A program made the translations under genes and the position numbers. A model generated the notes under the pieces. It did no database searches and was not told the DNA's origin. It saw only the letters and a program-made list of their open reading frames with translations. DNA of 64,000 nt from Octopus sinensis. Lineage: Eukaryota. Below are positions 49,961 through 62,369 of the stretch, piece after piece. The stretch covers positions 86,428,001-86,492,000 of the forward strand of contig NC_043002.1 of NCBI RefSeq assembly GCF_006345805.1. Reading direction: 5' to 3'. Position 1 is the stretch's first letter, and the number at the start of each line of letters is the position of its first letter.

Positions 49961-50359
49961 GGTGATGCCACCCATTTGAAAAATATGTCATAGGTGCCAG
50001 GCATAGCTGTGTGGTTAAAATGTTTGCTTCACAACCATGTGGTCTTGGGTTCAGTCTCACTGTGAGGCCTCCCTGGACATGTATCTTCTACTATAACTTC
50101 AGGCTAACCAAAAGCTTGTGAGTAGATTTAGCAGACAGAAACTGCAAGCTGATCATCGTACACATGTATGTATGTTTGTGTGTGTGTGCGTGTGCGTGTG
50201 CAGGTGTGTGCAAAAATGTGCATGTTTCCGTCAAAAAACAGAAATGCAGATGTAAAGGATTATCTACAATGTGTTCTTCAAAGTTTTACTACCCCCACAT
50301 TCCCAAGTAACGATGTAACCAAGTGTCCTGGTCAAAGTTAGCTTTAGCATACCTACATA

Positions 50360-51101
50360 TATGTGTCCCAATGACTTTCTTTTTTCATAACTTTAAGAAA
50401 AGTGGATATTTTTCAAATTAAATTTTCTACAGTTACACTTCAGATGATGTAGATTCCAATATGACATATTTTGTTGTGAAATAAATTTTTTCAAAAAAAT
50501 ATGTGATTGAAGATTATTTGCCAACATAACATGGCAGTCCAAGTTTAGGATGAATGTGGTTGTAATTTAGCCCCAGGAAACATCGTCTCCAGCTAGCTAT
50601 TTGACATGATCTGTGTCTTTATATTTTCAAAAAAGGGCCTCCTGGGGCTAAATTACAGCAACATTCATCCTAAACCAGGACTGCCATGTTATGTTGACAA
50701 ATAATCTTCACACTAGAGTACTGTTGCTGAATATCTCTCCTTGAGAAATTTACAAATAGTAATTTTCCAAAATATGTGATATGTGTCAATATGTATATGC
50801 CATCCTACCAATTCTTATTTCCAGAATAAATTCCAATATAATTGTAATCTGCACACTCTGAAAGGCATTTGTTAAAACTTTCATTTCATAGTACCCATTT
50901 TTATGAAAGTTATGAAGAAACAAAGCAGACCTGTGTGAATTTTCTGAATCTTTTCTCCCCATTCTCCCCAAAACATTTTTTCACAAGAAATTCAGATATA
51001 ATCAGAACTTACACTATCTGAAGAATATTTATAGAAAATTTCCTTAAAAAATATCCATTTTTCTGAAAGTTATGAGGAAACAAATTCAGTGGGGCACATC
51101 T
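50360..51101. mobile_element. MITE with ~70-bp imperfect TIRs, carrying a nested MITE
   Basis: TGTGTCCC..TTTCATAACTTT.AGAAAA.TGGATATTTT mirrored at ~51031-51101. Confidence 0.55.
50503..50713. mobile_element. MITE/hairpin with ~75-bp TIRs
   Basis: GAAGATTATTTG.CAACATAACATGGCAGTCC..TTTAGGATGAATGT..GTAATTTAGCCCCAGGA mirrored at 50640-50713. Confidence 0.85.
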
Positions 51102-51872
51102 GTGTATGTATACACATTACTTAGGTAATACTAAAGTAATGCTAAGATTACATTGCTATTATATATATATATCTGTATATCAGCTTGCTTCATTTCACTT
51201 TCATTTTGTATGTAACAGTATTTCATTATATAACAGCATGTTATATATAAACAAAGAATATACTTCTTTCTTTCGGTTTACATCAAAAGGGTGACAATAA
51301 TGTGAAAGAGACAGGATCAAATTTTCACTACAAATAAATATAAATAGAATAACTGTATTTACAATGATATTGTGTTTAGTAACAAATACTAACTGTATTA
51401 AAAATGCATCATAGTATGTGTATATATATATATGTATATATAACTCCAAGAAAGTTAAGGGTTGTGGGTCCAACCCACTAAGGGATAATATCTATCCAAT
51501 ATACTGTTGGTATAATACCCAATTATTAATACACAAGTGTTTTTAATTGCATTGCAATTAACTTACCTAGTGTATTAAATGGGTGAAGGTAAAGAGATAT
51601 TTTACCATTAATTTATATTGCAAATAAGAAAATGGAGAAGCACAATAGTTGGTTCATCAGCTTTAGGATATTAAAATGTTAACTTATTTATTTATCAAAA
51701 TAACAACCATAATAACATACATACATATAGTATATTATTCTATGCATATAAAACAAGGTCTTCAAACATTCTGGTTGAAAATCTGTAACAGAAAGAGGGA
51801 TCTTAACCTTAAAGCATCATGACTAAATGTAACAAAGAGAGAATACTGTACCAGCATTAACAGCAAAACATG

Positions 51873-52265
51873 TAATTGACTAAGAAATTTTCATCATACT
51901 TGTAGGCAAACTGCATAATGGGAAGGGACTTAATAGGTGGATATCGATTTTACAGGAAACCACTAATATATATTTTCAGAAGCACTATGGAAAATCAGAT
52001 TGACGTACCAAATTGGCTTGTTACAGCATGGACAAATCTTATAACCAAGAACGAAACCACTGAGTTGCCTGAAAACTATAGGCCTATTGCTTGTCTAAAC
52101 ATTATGTAAAAACTGTACAAAAGCTGCCTTAACCATTTCCTCCACAATCATTGTGAGTCCAACAATATATATTAGCGGTTTCCTGTAAAATCAATATCCA
52201 CCTATTAGGTCCCTTCCTATTATGCAGTTTGCCTACAATTATGATGAAAATTTCTTAGTCAATTA
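51873..52265. repeat. 102-bp inverted duplication (5 mismatches), 189-bp spacer
   Basis: 51873-51974 is the reverse complement of 52164-52265. Confidence 0.92.
51880..52165 (+). mobile_element. R4/Dong-type RT fragment
   Basis: VPNWLVTAWTNLITK..PENYRPIACLNIM*K. Confidence 0.75.
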
Positions 52266-52359
52266 AATTAAACCAAGGAAGTGTCAACAAACATTAACTT
52301 GAGATAACTATAGTTAGGGACTTGGTTATTTTTATGAGCATGTTTTTAAAAAATCTTAC

Positions 52360-52495
52360 TTTGAGTTTGTTTTCTCTATAATATTGCAATCTTTTTTCTG
52401 CTTCTGCTTGTAAAGATTTTCGAAAATAATCTTGATGTTCATGAATCAGCCTTATTTCCAATGTTAAATCCCTTTTCTTATTTTCAAGTGATTGT
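52360..52495 (-). CDS. Gene 2, exon c, 136 nt, phase 2->0
   Basis: ctcttatttcag|A...AAA|gtaaga; QSLENKKRDLTLEIRLIHEHQDYFRKSLQAEAEKRLQYYRENKLK. Confidence 0.88.
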
Positions 52496-53439
52496 CTGAA
52501 ATAAGAGTTTGTTCTAAACATTGTAAACATACAAGTCATAAGAATATTTTGTTTTCATTTTTTAGAATAATGTAGGTCTGCTCAATTAGAGATGACCTAT
52601 GGTTAAATTACATGTAAGGACATTTCTTAATGTGATTAAGAAGCTTGCATTACAACCATGTGATTTCAGGTTCACTTGACAAGGTGCACAGGTCAGAGAT
52701 CAGAGAGTCTCTCCAGATCGAGCCACTACTTCTACACATTGAGAAACCACAGTACTACAGACATATGGTTAGAATGTCATAGGAAAGAATTGCAAGACAA
52801 ACTCTTTAAGTTGAGCCAATCAACAGGAGACCTAGGGGTAAACCAAGAATTATATGGTTGGATGATATTCATAACATCATTTGGTCATATTTGGGAATTT
52901 AATCCAAAAAGTGTAATGGTGGTTGCTTCTGAGAGTACTCTATGGAGGGGATGCCTCACAATCCTCTCAGGAATAGTTTATGGAAAAGATGGAAAGAAAG
53001 AATTGATTTAATCTAGCAGAAGAGGTTGAACTCACAAGTCCTTAAGGACATGTGAAGGCCTTAAATGACTATTGAGTTCCATGAGGTTAATGTTTATCTT
53101 GAATAGTTACAAGCTGATGACTGCAGATAAAACATGGGCTGATAGGGAATTCTTGAGGATCAACATTCAGGAGAAGAAAAATTGGGTATGCAGGTGGTGG
53201 GAGGAATTGATATTAAAAAAGAGACTTAATAGAGATTATAAACAATTGCTAGCTTATCTTTTATTTTTCCCTTGTTTCAGTCACTGGACTGCAGCCATGC
53301 TTGGACATCACCTTGAAGGATTTAGTCAAACAAATCAACACCAGTACTTATTTTTATGGTCTGGTTCTTATTCTATAGGTTCTTTTGCTGAACCACAAAG
53401 TTAAAGGGATGTAAATTAAACAACACTGGTTGAAATTTT

Positions 53440-54278
53440 GCAGGAGCAACTGCCTTCAAAAACTCATATTGTCATTCAATGCTCAAAATGAGGAGTAGAT
53501 AGACAGCTGACAAAGGATGAAAGGTCATTCTTTATGTTACTTGCCCTGTTTTTCATTTGTTTCTCTCGTTGTTTGCATATCAATATATATATATATATGC
53601 ATGTATATATATTATTTATATTATTATTTGATTGAATGCCACCCATCCATTTCCAAGTAAGTTTATCTTAATATTTTTGATGCGACTCTACCCTATCATT
53701 TTCTCTCTCATCCTTTCTCGAATTCCTTTTTTTTCTCCCCTTCACCATTTTCTGTCTGTCTCCCTCTTTCTTCTTTGCTCTCTCTCTCTCTCTTGTTGCC
53801 CACATGTGACCATCATCCATCTTTCTTTTCTTCATGTGATCATCTTTCTTTTCCTTCAGGGCTGTTGTAGAGACTGCACATATCCTAACTGCCTCTCTCA
53901 TCTATCTTTTCTCTTATCAAAGAAAATATTTCTCTAGCATTCGCTCTTTTAACTTTGTCTGGTCTAACAACCCTCTATATTTGTTTTCATTCAGTTTCCT
54001 TGTATGTGTCCACTGTCCTATTTTTGTTACCAACTTTGACCCTCTTCAAATCCCAAATTTATTTTGGTATTTGTGGAAGCAATTGCCTTTGAAGATTCAT
54101 ATTGTTGTTCAATGCTCAAAATGAGGACAGCCGACAACAGATGAAGGGTCTTTCTTTATGTTACTTGTCCTGTTTTTTCATTTGTTACTCTTGTTGTTTG
54201 CATGTCAACTCATTTGTTTTCATTTTTCATGTTGTTTATAGTTTGTGACATCCTGTACCCATATATGTATATGTGTAT

Positions 54279-54315
<37 letters not shown>

Positions 54316-54480
54316 TGTGTGTTGTCAAGCAGTGGTTTGGGAACAAACAAAGACACACACACATACACATATAAAGTTGAAATTTACAGAAAAACAAATG
54401 ATGAAGACAGGTGTATAACAACAAGCAGGTGAGAAAGTCTTTTACGTTTCGAGCTTATGCTCTTCAACAGAAAGGAACAC
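53440..54480 (-). mobile_element. Penelope-like terminal-repeat array (two ~150-bp direct repeats plus a hammerhead motif)
   Basis: CAA.TGCCTT..A.TCATATTGT..TTCAATGCTCAAAATGAGGA..TTCTTTATGTTACTTG at ~53445 and ~54075; PLE assignment is inference from the hammerhead motif. Confidence 0.55.
54439..54474 (-). ncRNA. Minimal hammerhead motif with one core mutation
   Basis: cttt-CTGTTGA-a-gagc(ataa)gctc-GAAAC-GTA-aaag on the minus strand; CTGTTGA replaces CTGATGA. Confidence 0.55.
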
Positions 54481-55330
54481 GAGGAAATAAACAGAGAAAG
54501 AATAAAAAAAAAACTTGTGGATTTAGCGGTCAATCATGGTGACTCATATATATATATATATATATATCTATATATATATATGACAGGATTCTTTCAGTTT
54601 CCATCTACTATATCCACTCACAAGGCTTTGGTCAGCCCAAGGATATAGTAGAAGACACATGCCCAAGGTATCACACAGTGGGACTGAAACTGGAACCAGT
54701 ATTATACCTTGATACTGGGTGGACTAAGATCCCTGTTGACTGGCCACTGGTATTTATAGAGTGTTAAACACTTTCAGTATGCAAATTGGGGACTCCTTCA
54801 TAGAGTAACTGCTGCATTTGTTGAGTATATAAATAGTTTGGCTGCTTGTTTCTCTGGAGACCGTCAGAATGATGTAGATGCCTCTGGTGAGAACCCAATA
54901 GGGTTCGAAAACCGATTAAGGTTGTTCATCATTTTGTTTTTCAGTCTGCAGATAAATGGCTAAAAGTTACCCTGTTTGTAATTATACCATATGTTACACA
55001 CACACACATATATATATATACATACATGTGTGTGTGTGTGTGAGTATTTATATGTATATATATATATATGTATATGTATATATTTACATGTATATATATA
55101 TATATTTATGTATATATATTTATATATATATTTGTATGAGTGTGTATATATATTTATATATATATATGTGTGTGTGTATATATTTATATATAAACACACA
55201 CATATATATATATATGTATACCTTGTAGTGGGGTTGAACCCGAAAGCACATAGTTGCAAGCCAAGCTTCTTAACCACAGGTCATCCCTAACTGAGCTAAT
55301 CTACATTACCCAATGTATTTTTTTCCTACT

Positions 55331-55533
55331 TTAACCCTTTAACATTCAGGTTATTCTGCCAAATACAATGCTTAGTTATTCACATTGTCTCATAGCTTTG
55401 AAATTTCTCCAATGTGATTGATAATTTCAAAATGACATTGTAGAGCAGGTGTGAGAGGCTGACTGTGACCTCTTTGGACATAAAGTAGATAGAATATTTT
55501 GGCTAGATATGGACAATTTAAATGCTAAAGTGT
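55331..55533. mobile_element. TTAA-type MITE, decayed
   Basis: TTAACCCTTTAACATTC...AATGCTAAAG. Confidence 0.6.
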
Positions 55534-55604
55534 GAAGACAATAGGTAGGGATTTAGTTGCTATTTTTAGCAAATCAAGCAGTTGCATTAAAACTCCTTCA
55601 TTAT

Positions 55605-57600
55605 CATCATCATCATCATCAACATCATCATTTAATATCTATTTTCCATTCAATATCTGCTTGAATTGGATGGTTTGACAGAAGCTGGCCAGCCAGAGCA
55701 CTGTCCAGGCTCCAATAGTCTGTTTTGGCATGGTCTCTATGCCTGGATGCCCTTCTTAATTCCGACCACTTTAAAGAGTGTGATGGATGCTTTCTTTGTG
55801 CTACTAGCATGGGTGCATTCTACATGCCACTGATGCAAGTGCAATTTACGTGGAACCAGCATCTGCAAGACAAAGACCTCTTAGCTGGGAGAGGGAGTTG
55901 GGGCATGTCCATAAAGGACATGCCTGTATGTATGTATGGCTACGATTTTACAAAGCTTGACATGTCTTCTCAAATACAGCAAATCACCAGAACTCCCAGT
56001 CCCTTGTCATTTCTTCAGTGAGGCCCAGCATCTCAAGATTCTTCCTTGCCTCTTTATCCCATGTGTTCCTGAGGCTACCGCTTCAACAGGTTCCCTTCAT
56101 AATTAGAGATTGGTACTTTTTAAGTAGCTGTCCTCATCCATATGAATCACAAGACCATACTAGTGCAGTATTCTCTCTTGCACACTCTATCTGATGCCTC
56201 ATGTACTCAGCTTTCCTCTTAAATCATTTACATTCTTTCATATGTACACACTGACATTACCCATCCAGCAAACCATGCTGGCTTCATTTCTTTCAAGCCT
56301 TTGCAAATCCAATGTAGTCACAGCTTTTGTTTCACTACTATGTAGCATAGCTGTTCATACACAGGCATCATACAATCTGCCTTTCACTCTGAGGGAGAGG
56401 CCCTTAGTTACCAGCAAAGGTAGTAGCTCTCTGAACTTTGCCCAGCTTGTTCTTATTCTAGCAACTATGCTTTCAGAACTTCTTCTTTCACAGCTAACCA
56501 AGTTAGCTGTGGAAGTTAGGATAATAGAAGCTATCTACAACTTCTAAGATTTCCCCAAGCATCTGAGGAAGTTTATTCCCTGTGCATTCTTAATGTTAAC
56601 TGTACCTGCACATTTGCCACACAAAGACTATTTTCTTTGTTAACCTTCCTGTGATATCACTACAGCTTGCACTGTATCAAGTCTCAACCAACACTTTTTC
56701 TGCATATTGAAGTTTGAACCAACACTTTTTCTGCATATTGAGCAGGGCCATCTCCTTGAAGGGACTTGTGATTTATCTGTTTTCCTCCTTACTAGGACTT
56801 TGATCTTTGCTAAATTAACTCTAAGTCTTCCACACCTGAAATTTCTTCTCTAGGTCAGGTAATGATTCAGCTATAAGAACAAGGTCATCAGCATAGAGGA
56901 GCTCCCAGGGGTAGCCGGTCTTGAATTTGTCTGTTAAAGCTTTAAAAAACTATGATAAACAAGAGCAGGCTGAGAACTGACCCTTAGTGAACTCCTACCT
57001 GTACACTGAATTCATTGCTATTCTCATTGCTAAACCTCACCTTACGGGCAGTATCCCTGTACACGGCTTGTACAGCTCTCACTAATTACTCATCTATCCC
57101 TAGCTTCTGCATTGACCACCAGATAAGGGAGTGGGGAAACCTTGTCAAAGGCTTTCTCTGTGTCAACAAAAGCCAAATACAGAGGTTTATTTTGGGCCAA
57201 GTACTTCTTTTGCAGTTGCCTCACCAGGAATATAGCACCAGTCATGCTTCTCTCAAACACAAAACCAAACTGCATCTCATCTACATTAATTCTCTTCCTA
57301 ATTAGTTGAGTTATAATCCTTTCAGTAACTTCCATTATCTGGTCCTGCAATTTGATACCTCTTTAAATATTTCTGTCTAAGGATTCATCTTGAATTTTGT
57401 AGCAGTTGACTATGATACTGTTACACCAGTCATTGGATATGACTCCTTCGTGGACAACCTGACTAGGACATATCCCACTTCACCAGATATTTTAAGCATC
57501 TCAGTAATGATTCCTGATGGTCCAAGGGCTTCCACTGTCTTTATATCCTTAATTACTTTATCTACCAAACTACTGTAGATTCAGATCACTGGTCCCTCAA
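55605..57600 (-). mobile_element. RTE-clade LINE remnant (RT to tail)
   Basis: RINVDEMQFGFV..AIFLVRQLQKKYLA..FVDTEKAFDKV; antisense ORF 56194-56547 parallels 3567-3887; (GAT)n tail at ~55605-55630. Confidence 0.87.
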
Positions 57601-58014
57601 TTGGGTTTGCATTAGACAGACTCTCCTACCATGCATTCTCTACATTTAGCAGCCTTCCATAATAGCATTTCCAAGCCTCTTTCTTTGCAGAATCACTACT
57701 AACAGCATGTGAACCATCATCCATACTGACACACTTCTCTTCTACGACATCATGATTTTCTATATTAAAGTATTAAAAGCAAGGTAGTAGCAGAATTAGT
57801 GCAGCACCAGACAGAATATTATCCAGTTTTGTGTTTCCTCCATTTATGTTCTGAGTTCAAATTTCTTAGGGGTTAACTACTTTTCATTTTTAAATAAATA
57901 CCAATCACAAGCATGTATTGATACAGCTGTAACTGTGCATCCCATCCTCCCCTCAAAATTTGTTACTTAATGTCCACATCTGGAACTATATTTTCTTACA
58001 ACTAAATGACTTAC

Positions 58015-58086
58015 ATATTCTCTTGTAGTATTGTTAGTCTTTCACCGTATTCTGTAATAAAAGCCTCCAATTCTTGTACTCTCTCT
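58015..58086 (-). CDS. Gene 2, exon b, 72 nt, phase 2->2
   Basis: ttttaatcttcag|A...AATAT|gtaagt; ERVQELEAFITEYGERLTILQEN(I). Confidence 0.85.
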
Positions 58087-58574
58087 CTGAAGATTAAAAC
58101 AAACAAAAAGTAAGCTGTAATTAACTTGGAATTTAATTGTATATGAGGTAATATCAACTTTAACAAAAAAATGTAAGTAGATCTTGTGTCCAGAACAAGT
58201 TCAAAATATAATTTTTGATTCTATGACATAACAGAACAAACACCACAGAATACATTCTCTTTTAATTCAATGCCAGAAATAAGGTCACCACAACATGTCC
58301 TTCCAGAATATAAAGCCATTTTCTTTACTGCCTTCTTTAAAGTTTAATTTCTATCACTACAGATCAATAATATTATTTCTCATGATATCTATTCTCCACA
58401 ACTTTTTATCTATTCTCTACACCTTTATCAGAAAGATAATTTCAAAAGTACATATAACCTATTTCAGTTATTTTCATTTGGATTTATAATTAACTGTAAT
58501 TGAGATTTAGTCTTATGATAATTCATGTCATAAAATAAGCATAGATACCAGCATCAGCAAGCAGTGGTGTCATC

Positions 58575-59265
58575 ATTGCCGGGTATCTTGGTAGATTCTT
58601 CCTTTTTGCCTTCGGCCCAATGCGTCCATCCTGCCAACAAAGCACGAGGAGTTCTGTTTTTGATTCGACGGTCATTCGGAATGCTCACAGCAGCCATATT
58701 CCTACCGCTCTATGTCACGCTGGTGAGACCTATATTGGAGTATGGGATTTAAGCCTCTTCTCCTTATCTCCTCAAAGACATACATCATCTCAAAAAAGTC
58801 CAGAAGCTGGCTACCTGCATGGTTCTTGGTCTCAAGCATTTGTCTTATGAAGAAAGGCTGAAGACGCTCGACCTTTATTCTCTCGAAAAATGCCACTGCA
58901 GTGGTGATCTCATTCTCGCTCACAACATCATAAGCGGAAAGTGTGACCTCTTGAAAGAGCTATTCTTCACTCCTGCTCCAGAGTGTGGGCTGTGGGGTCA
59001 CTCCGAAAAGCTCTATCTATGACGATTTCATCTCAATCGAAGGAGAGGGGTTTTCTCCGTCCGAGTTGCGGATCAATGGAATAAGCTGCCGAACGAGATA
59101 GTGAAGGTGCCAACGACCGCTCAGTTCAAAGTCTCTCTTGACCAGAAATGGCCTGAACTCTTTGTATGACCACCCTCCCTGTACATAACTCCCTGTCCCC
59201 CTACATGGCTTTGCTTTTGCTTTTTGAGCCAATAAAAATTGAATTGAATTGAATTGAAATTGAAT
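58575..59265 (+). mobile_element. CR1/L2-group LINE 3' end
   Basis: LYVTLVRPILEYG..VQKLAT..SYEERLKTLDLYSLE..RGDL-like..LWGH..FSVRV..WNKLP; AATAAA then a (GAATT)n tail. Confidence 0.88.
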
Positions 59266-59529
59266 TGCTATCTTTCTTTTCATTAGTAGCTGCATTTCAC
59301 ACTTTTCCATGCTAGTATGGGTTGACAGTTCTTCAAAAACAGTATTCTATCAAGATGTCCTTCTTGCTACCAATCCTTTTAATTGTGTCGTAAGATACAC
59401 ATGGATGCAGTGTGTCCATTTTAAAACATGTGTCATAAAATATAGTAAGATAGTTATGAAGTTTGAGATACAGTCATAACTATAGCAATGGAAACAAAAT
59501 ATCACCTGTAATATCTTTTCGTAAAGTAA

Positions 59530-59745
59530 GACAGTGAGCTGACAGAATTGTTACCACCCCAGACAAAATGCTTTGTGGTATTTCTTCCAACTTTACATTC
59601 TGAGTTTAAATGCTGTCAGGGTCAACTTTGCCTTTCATCCTTTCGGGGTCGATAAAATAAGTATCAGTTTTGCACTAGGGTCGATGTAATTGACTTACTC
59701 CTCTCTGAAATAACTGGCCTTGTACCAAAATTTGAAACCAATATC
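59530..59745 (+). mobile_element. SINE family C
   Basis: GAGCTGACAGAATTGTTA head; CTTTGCCTTTCATCCTTTCGGGGTCGATAAAATAAG. Confidence 0.75.
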
Positions 59746-60019
59746 TTTTCTTAAAGTTGAACAAAGATTTGTTTTTGTTTTTGTTTTCCATGGTTTAATC
59801 AGGAGAAAGACAATAGCCATGACCTTATTGCAGGTTGTTGAGACAAGTGAGAGGAAAGAGAGGTTCTTATCATATTATCAGACTTGAGATCATATTATCA
59901 AACCTGAACCTTGCAAAACAAATATCTTAACCACAAAATCATTTCTGTACAAGAATTACCTAAAATTTATTTCAGAGGAATTTTATCAAAATGGTTAAAT
60001 ATATTGGTTTGAAATTTTG

Positions 60020-60215
60020 GCAGCAAGTTTGGAGGAAGGGTTAAGTCAATTACCAGCAAGTCCAGGGGAGGGTTTAAGTCAATTACCTTGACCCTAGGAC
60101 TTAACTGGTACTTATTTTATCGGCTCTGAAAGGATGAAAGGCAAAGTCAACCTCAGCAGAATCTGGACTCAGGACATAAAGATTGTGTGCTAAAGATTCA
60201 GTCAGCTCGCCACCA
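60020..60215 (-). mobile_element. SINE family C
   Basis: Reverse complement core GAAAGGATGAAAGGCAAAGTCAACCTCAGCAGAATCTGGACTCAG. Confidence 0.72.
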
Positions 60216-60380
60216 TAAAATTGTTAAATATATTAATAGTGAAAATTTATTGAGTAAGATCACTGTTCCCATTATTTCAATGTAATTTCTATAAATAAAT
60301 GTGGAACCTAAAGAATATATTTCTGCTTTATTTTCTCGTAATTTTTACATAAAATTTAAGAAATATCAAATGCTACTTAC

Positions 60381-60491
60381 TTACAATCATCTTTTAAAAT
60401 GCGCAATCTTTTTTCCAATTCATTAAGTAAAGCCTGAAGCTCAATTTTCTTTTCTCTTGCACTCTCCAACTGAGCTTTAATATCTGCCAGT
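60381..60491 (-). CDS. Gene 2 (coiled-coil protein), exon a, 111 nt, phase 2->2
   Basis: catttctgtggcag|A...TGTAA|gtaagt; LADIKAQLESAREKKIELQALLNELEKRLRILKDDC(K). Confidence 0.85.
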
Positions 60492-61805
60492 CTGCCACAG
60501 AAATGGGTGTTAATTTAAAACAATAGGATACAATCTTAAGCAATTAGTGAGCTTTTTCCTTTTTATTTCTTAATTGAAAATAAATGTGATTATACTGGTT
60601 GTGATAAAAATTATAATTCATGTTAAGTTTATAGTGGTTACTGTGTTAGTAATAGCAATAGTGACAATTAGAATAGTAGTGGCCATCATTATTGTTATAA
60701 TGATAATAGTGAGGAGGTAATGAACATAGTATGGTAAGGATTATAAGGTTGAAATATTTTGGATAAGACTTTAAACTACATCTGGTAGTGGGGTGCTGGT
60801 TCAGGAGTTTCAGAGTTTTGAGGAATGTGGAACCACCTCTTGGGCACTATTGTTCCTAGGTTTACTCTGACCTGGAGTAATAACACTAGTCAGGATCCCA
60901 ACTATGGTTAAATAGCATGTATCTATCCAAGCAGGGTATGCTAAAATCATGGGATGCTGCTGGTGGAAGTGACTGTTTTCGCAAACGAACTTATTGAATC
61001 AATGGGAAAATATCACTAGATGCTGAACAAATGAATGGAGAACAAACAAATGGCCAGGATTAACCAGTTCAGTTAGTGAACTACAACTACCATCTATACT
61101 TATGGTGTGTGCAGATGAGATATTTCAGCTAGGAAAAGAACAATGTGATTAAAACCCAAGCTAGACATTCATACCTCATCACTCAATTGGAACATCTGGT
61201 GTGGAAGTGTTGCATTGATTTACGCAAGTTGTCTGATCAGATGATTAAATGATGATAAGATTGGAGATCAGCACAATGATAGCTAAATAAGTTTTCTTTT
61301 ATTTTTTTAATCTAAAATGAGGTTAGGATAAAAACAAATTTCAAAATATGTTTGAATTATCAATAATGTTCAATATAATCAAGGCTTGGAATTAACAGAG
61401 TTGCTTGTGCATTGGATAGAATGCCTCTTCATGTTTGTTGTGAGTTTATCTGAGCAGAGTGCAAATGCTGTTAACGTCAAATTTGCTTCTATTCCTTTTG
61501 AGATCAGTGAAAAAAATACTAATTTGGGATGATGGACTACTGGAACTATAAGAAAATTAGATGCTTTACAGTATTTGTTCCAGTTCCTTGCATTTTGAGT
61601 TCAAATCCTGTCTCAACCTACATGGGTGGTAAACTTTAACACCACCATGAGGTAGTGAGTTTGATACTCGGACTGGGCTGCGTGTTGCATTCTTGAACAA
61701 AACATTTTATTTCACATTGTTCGAGCTTGCTCAGCTGTAGAAATGAGTTATGACATGACTGATGCCAAGCTGTATCAGCATTTGCCTTTGCTGTTATTAC
61801 TGGCC

Positions 61806-62365
61806 ATCATCATCATCATCATCATCATGGTTTAACGTCCGTTCTCCATGCTAGCATGGGTTGGACGGTTCGACCGGGGATCTGGGAAGCCAGAAGGCTG
61901 CACCAGGCTCCGGTCTTATCTGGCAATGTTTCTACAGCTGGATGCCCTTCCTAACGCCAACCACTCCGTGAGTGTAGTGGGTGCTTTTTACGTGCCACCT
62001 GCACTGGTGCCAGGCGAGGCTGGCATCGGCCACGGTCAGATTGGTGCATTTTACGTGCCACCTGCACGGAAGCCAGTCGAGGTGGCACTGGCTTCGGCCA
62101 CGATTCGGATGGTGCCTTTTACGTACCACCGGCACGGAAGCCAGTCGAGGCGGCGCTGGCATCGGCCACGATTCGGATAGTGCTTTTTACGTATCTCCAG
62201 TCCAGGGGTCCTGGAATCTGCCGGGTGCCAGTCATAGGATTGGTTCAATTTCGATGCCGATTTCACTTGCCCCAACAGGTTTTCGCAAGCAAAGTGGGGT
62301 TGGCATAGGTGCCTGTCGTCGGATGAGGTTCGATATCAACTTCGCTTGCCTCAACAGGTCTTTCA
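61806..62365 (-). mobile_element. Young RTE 3'UTR/tail (same family as 453-5101)
   Basis: Near-identical reverse complement of the ~2400-2760 tail, CpG-rich, (CAT)n tail, with its own ~60-bp internal duplication. Confidence 0.9.
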
Positions 62366-62369
62366 ACAA

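Noticed and set aside
60377-60385. Tandem donors 4 nt apart (also at 5797/5801)
   Set aside because: A GT at +5 is expected from the donor consensus; the alternative sites frameshift and there is no evidence they are used.
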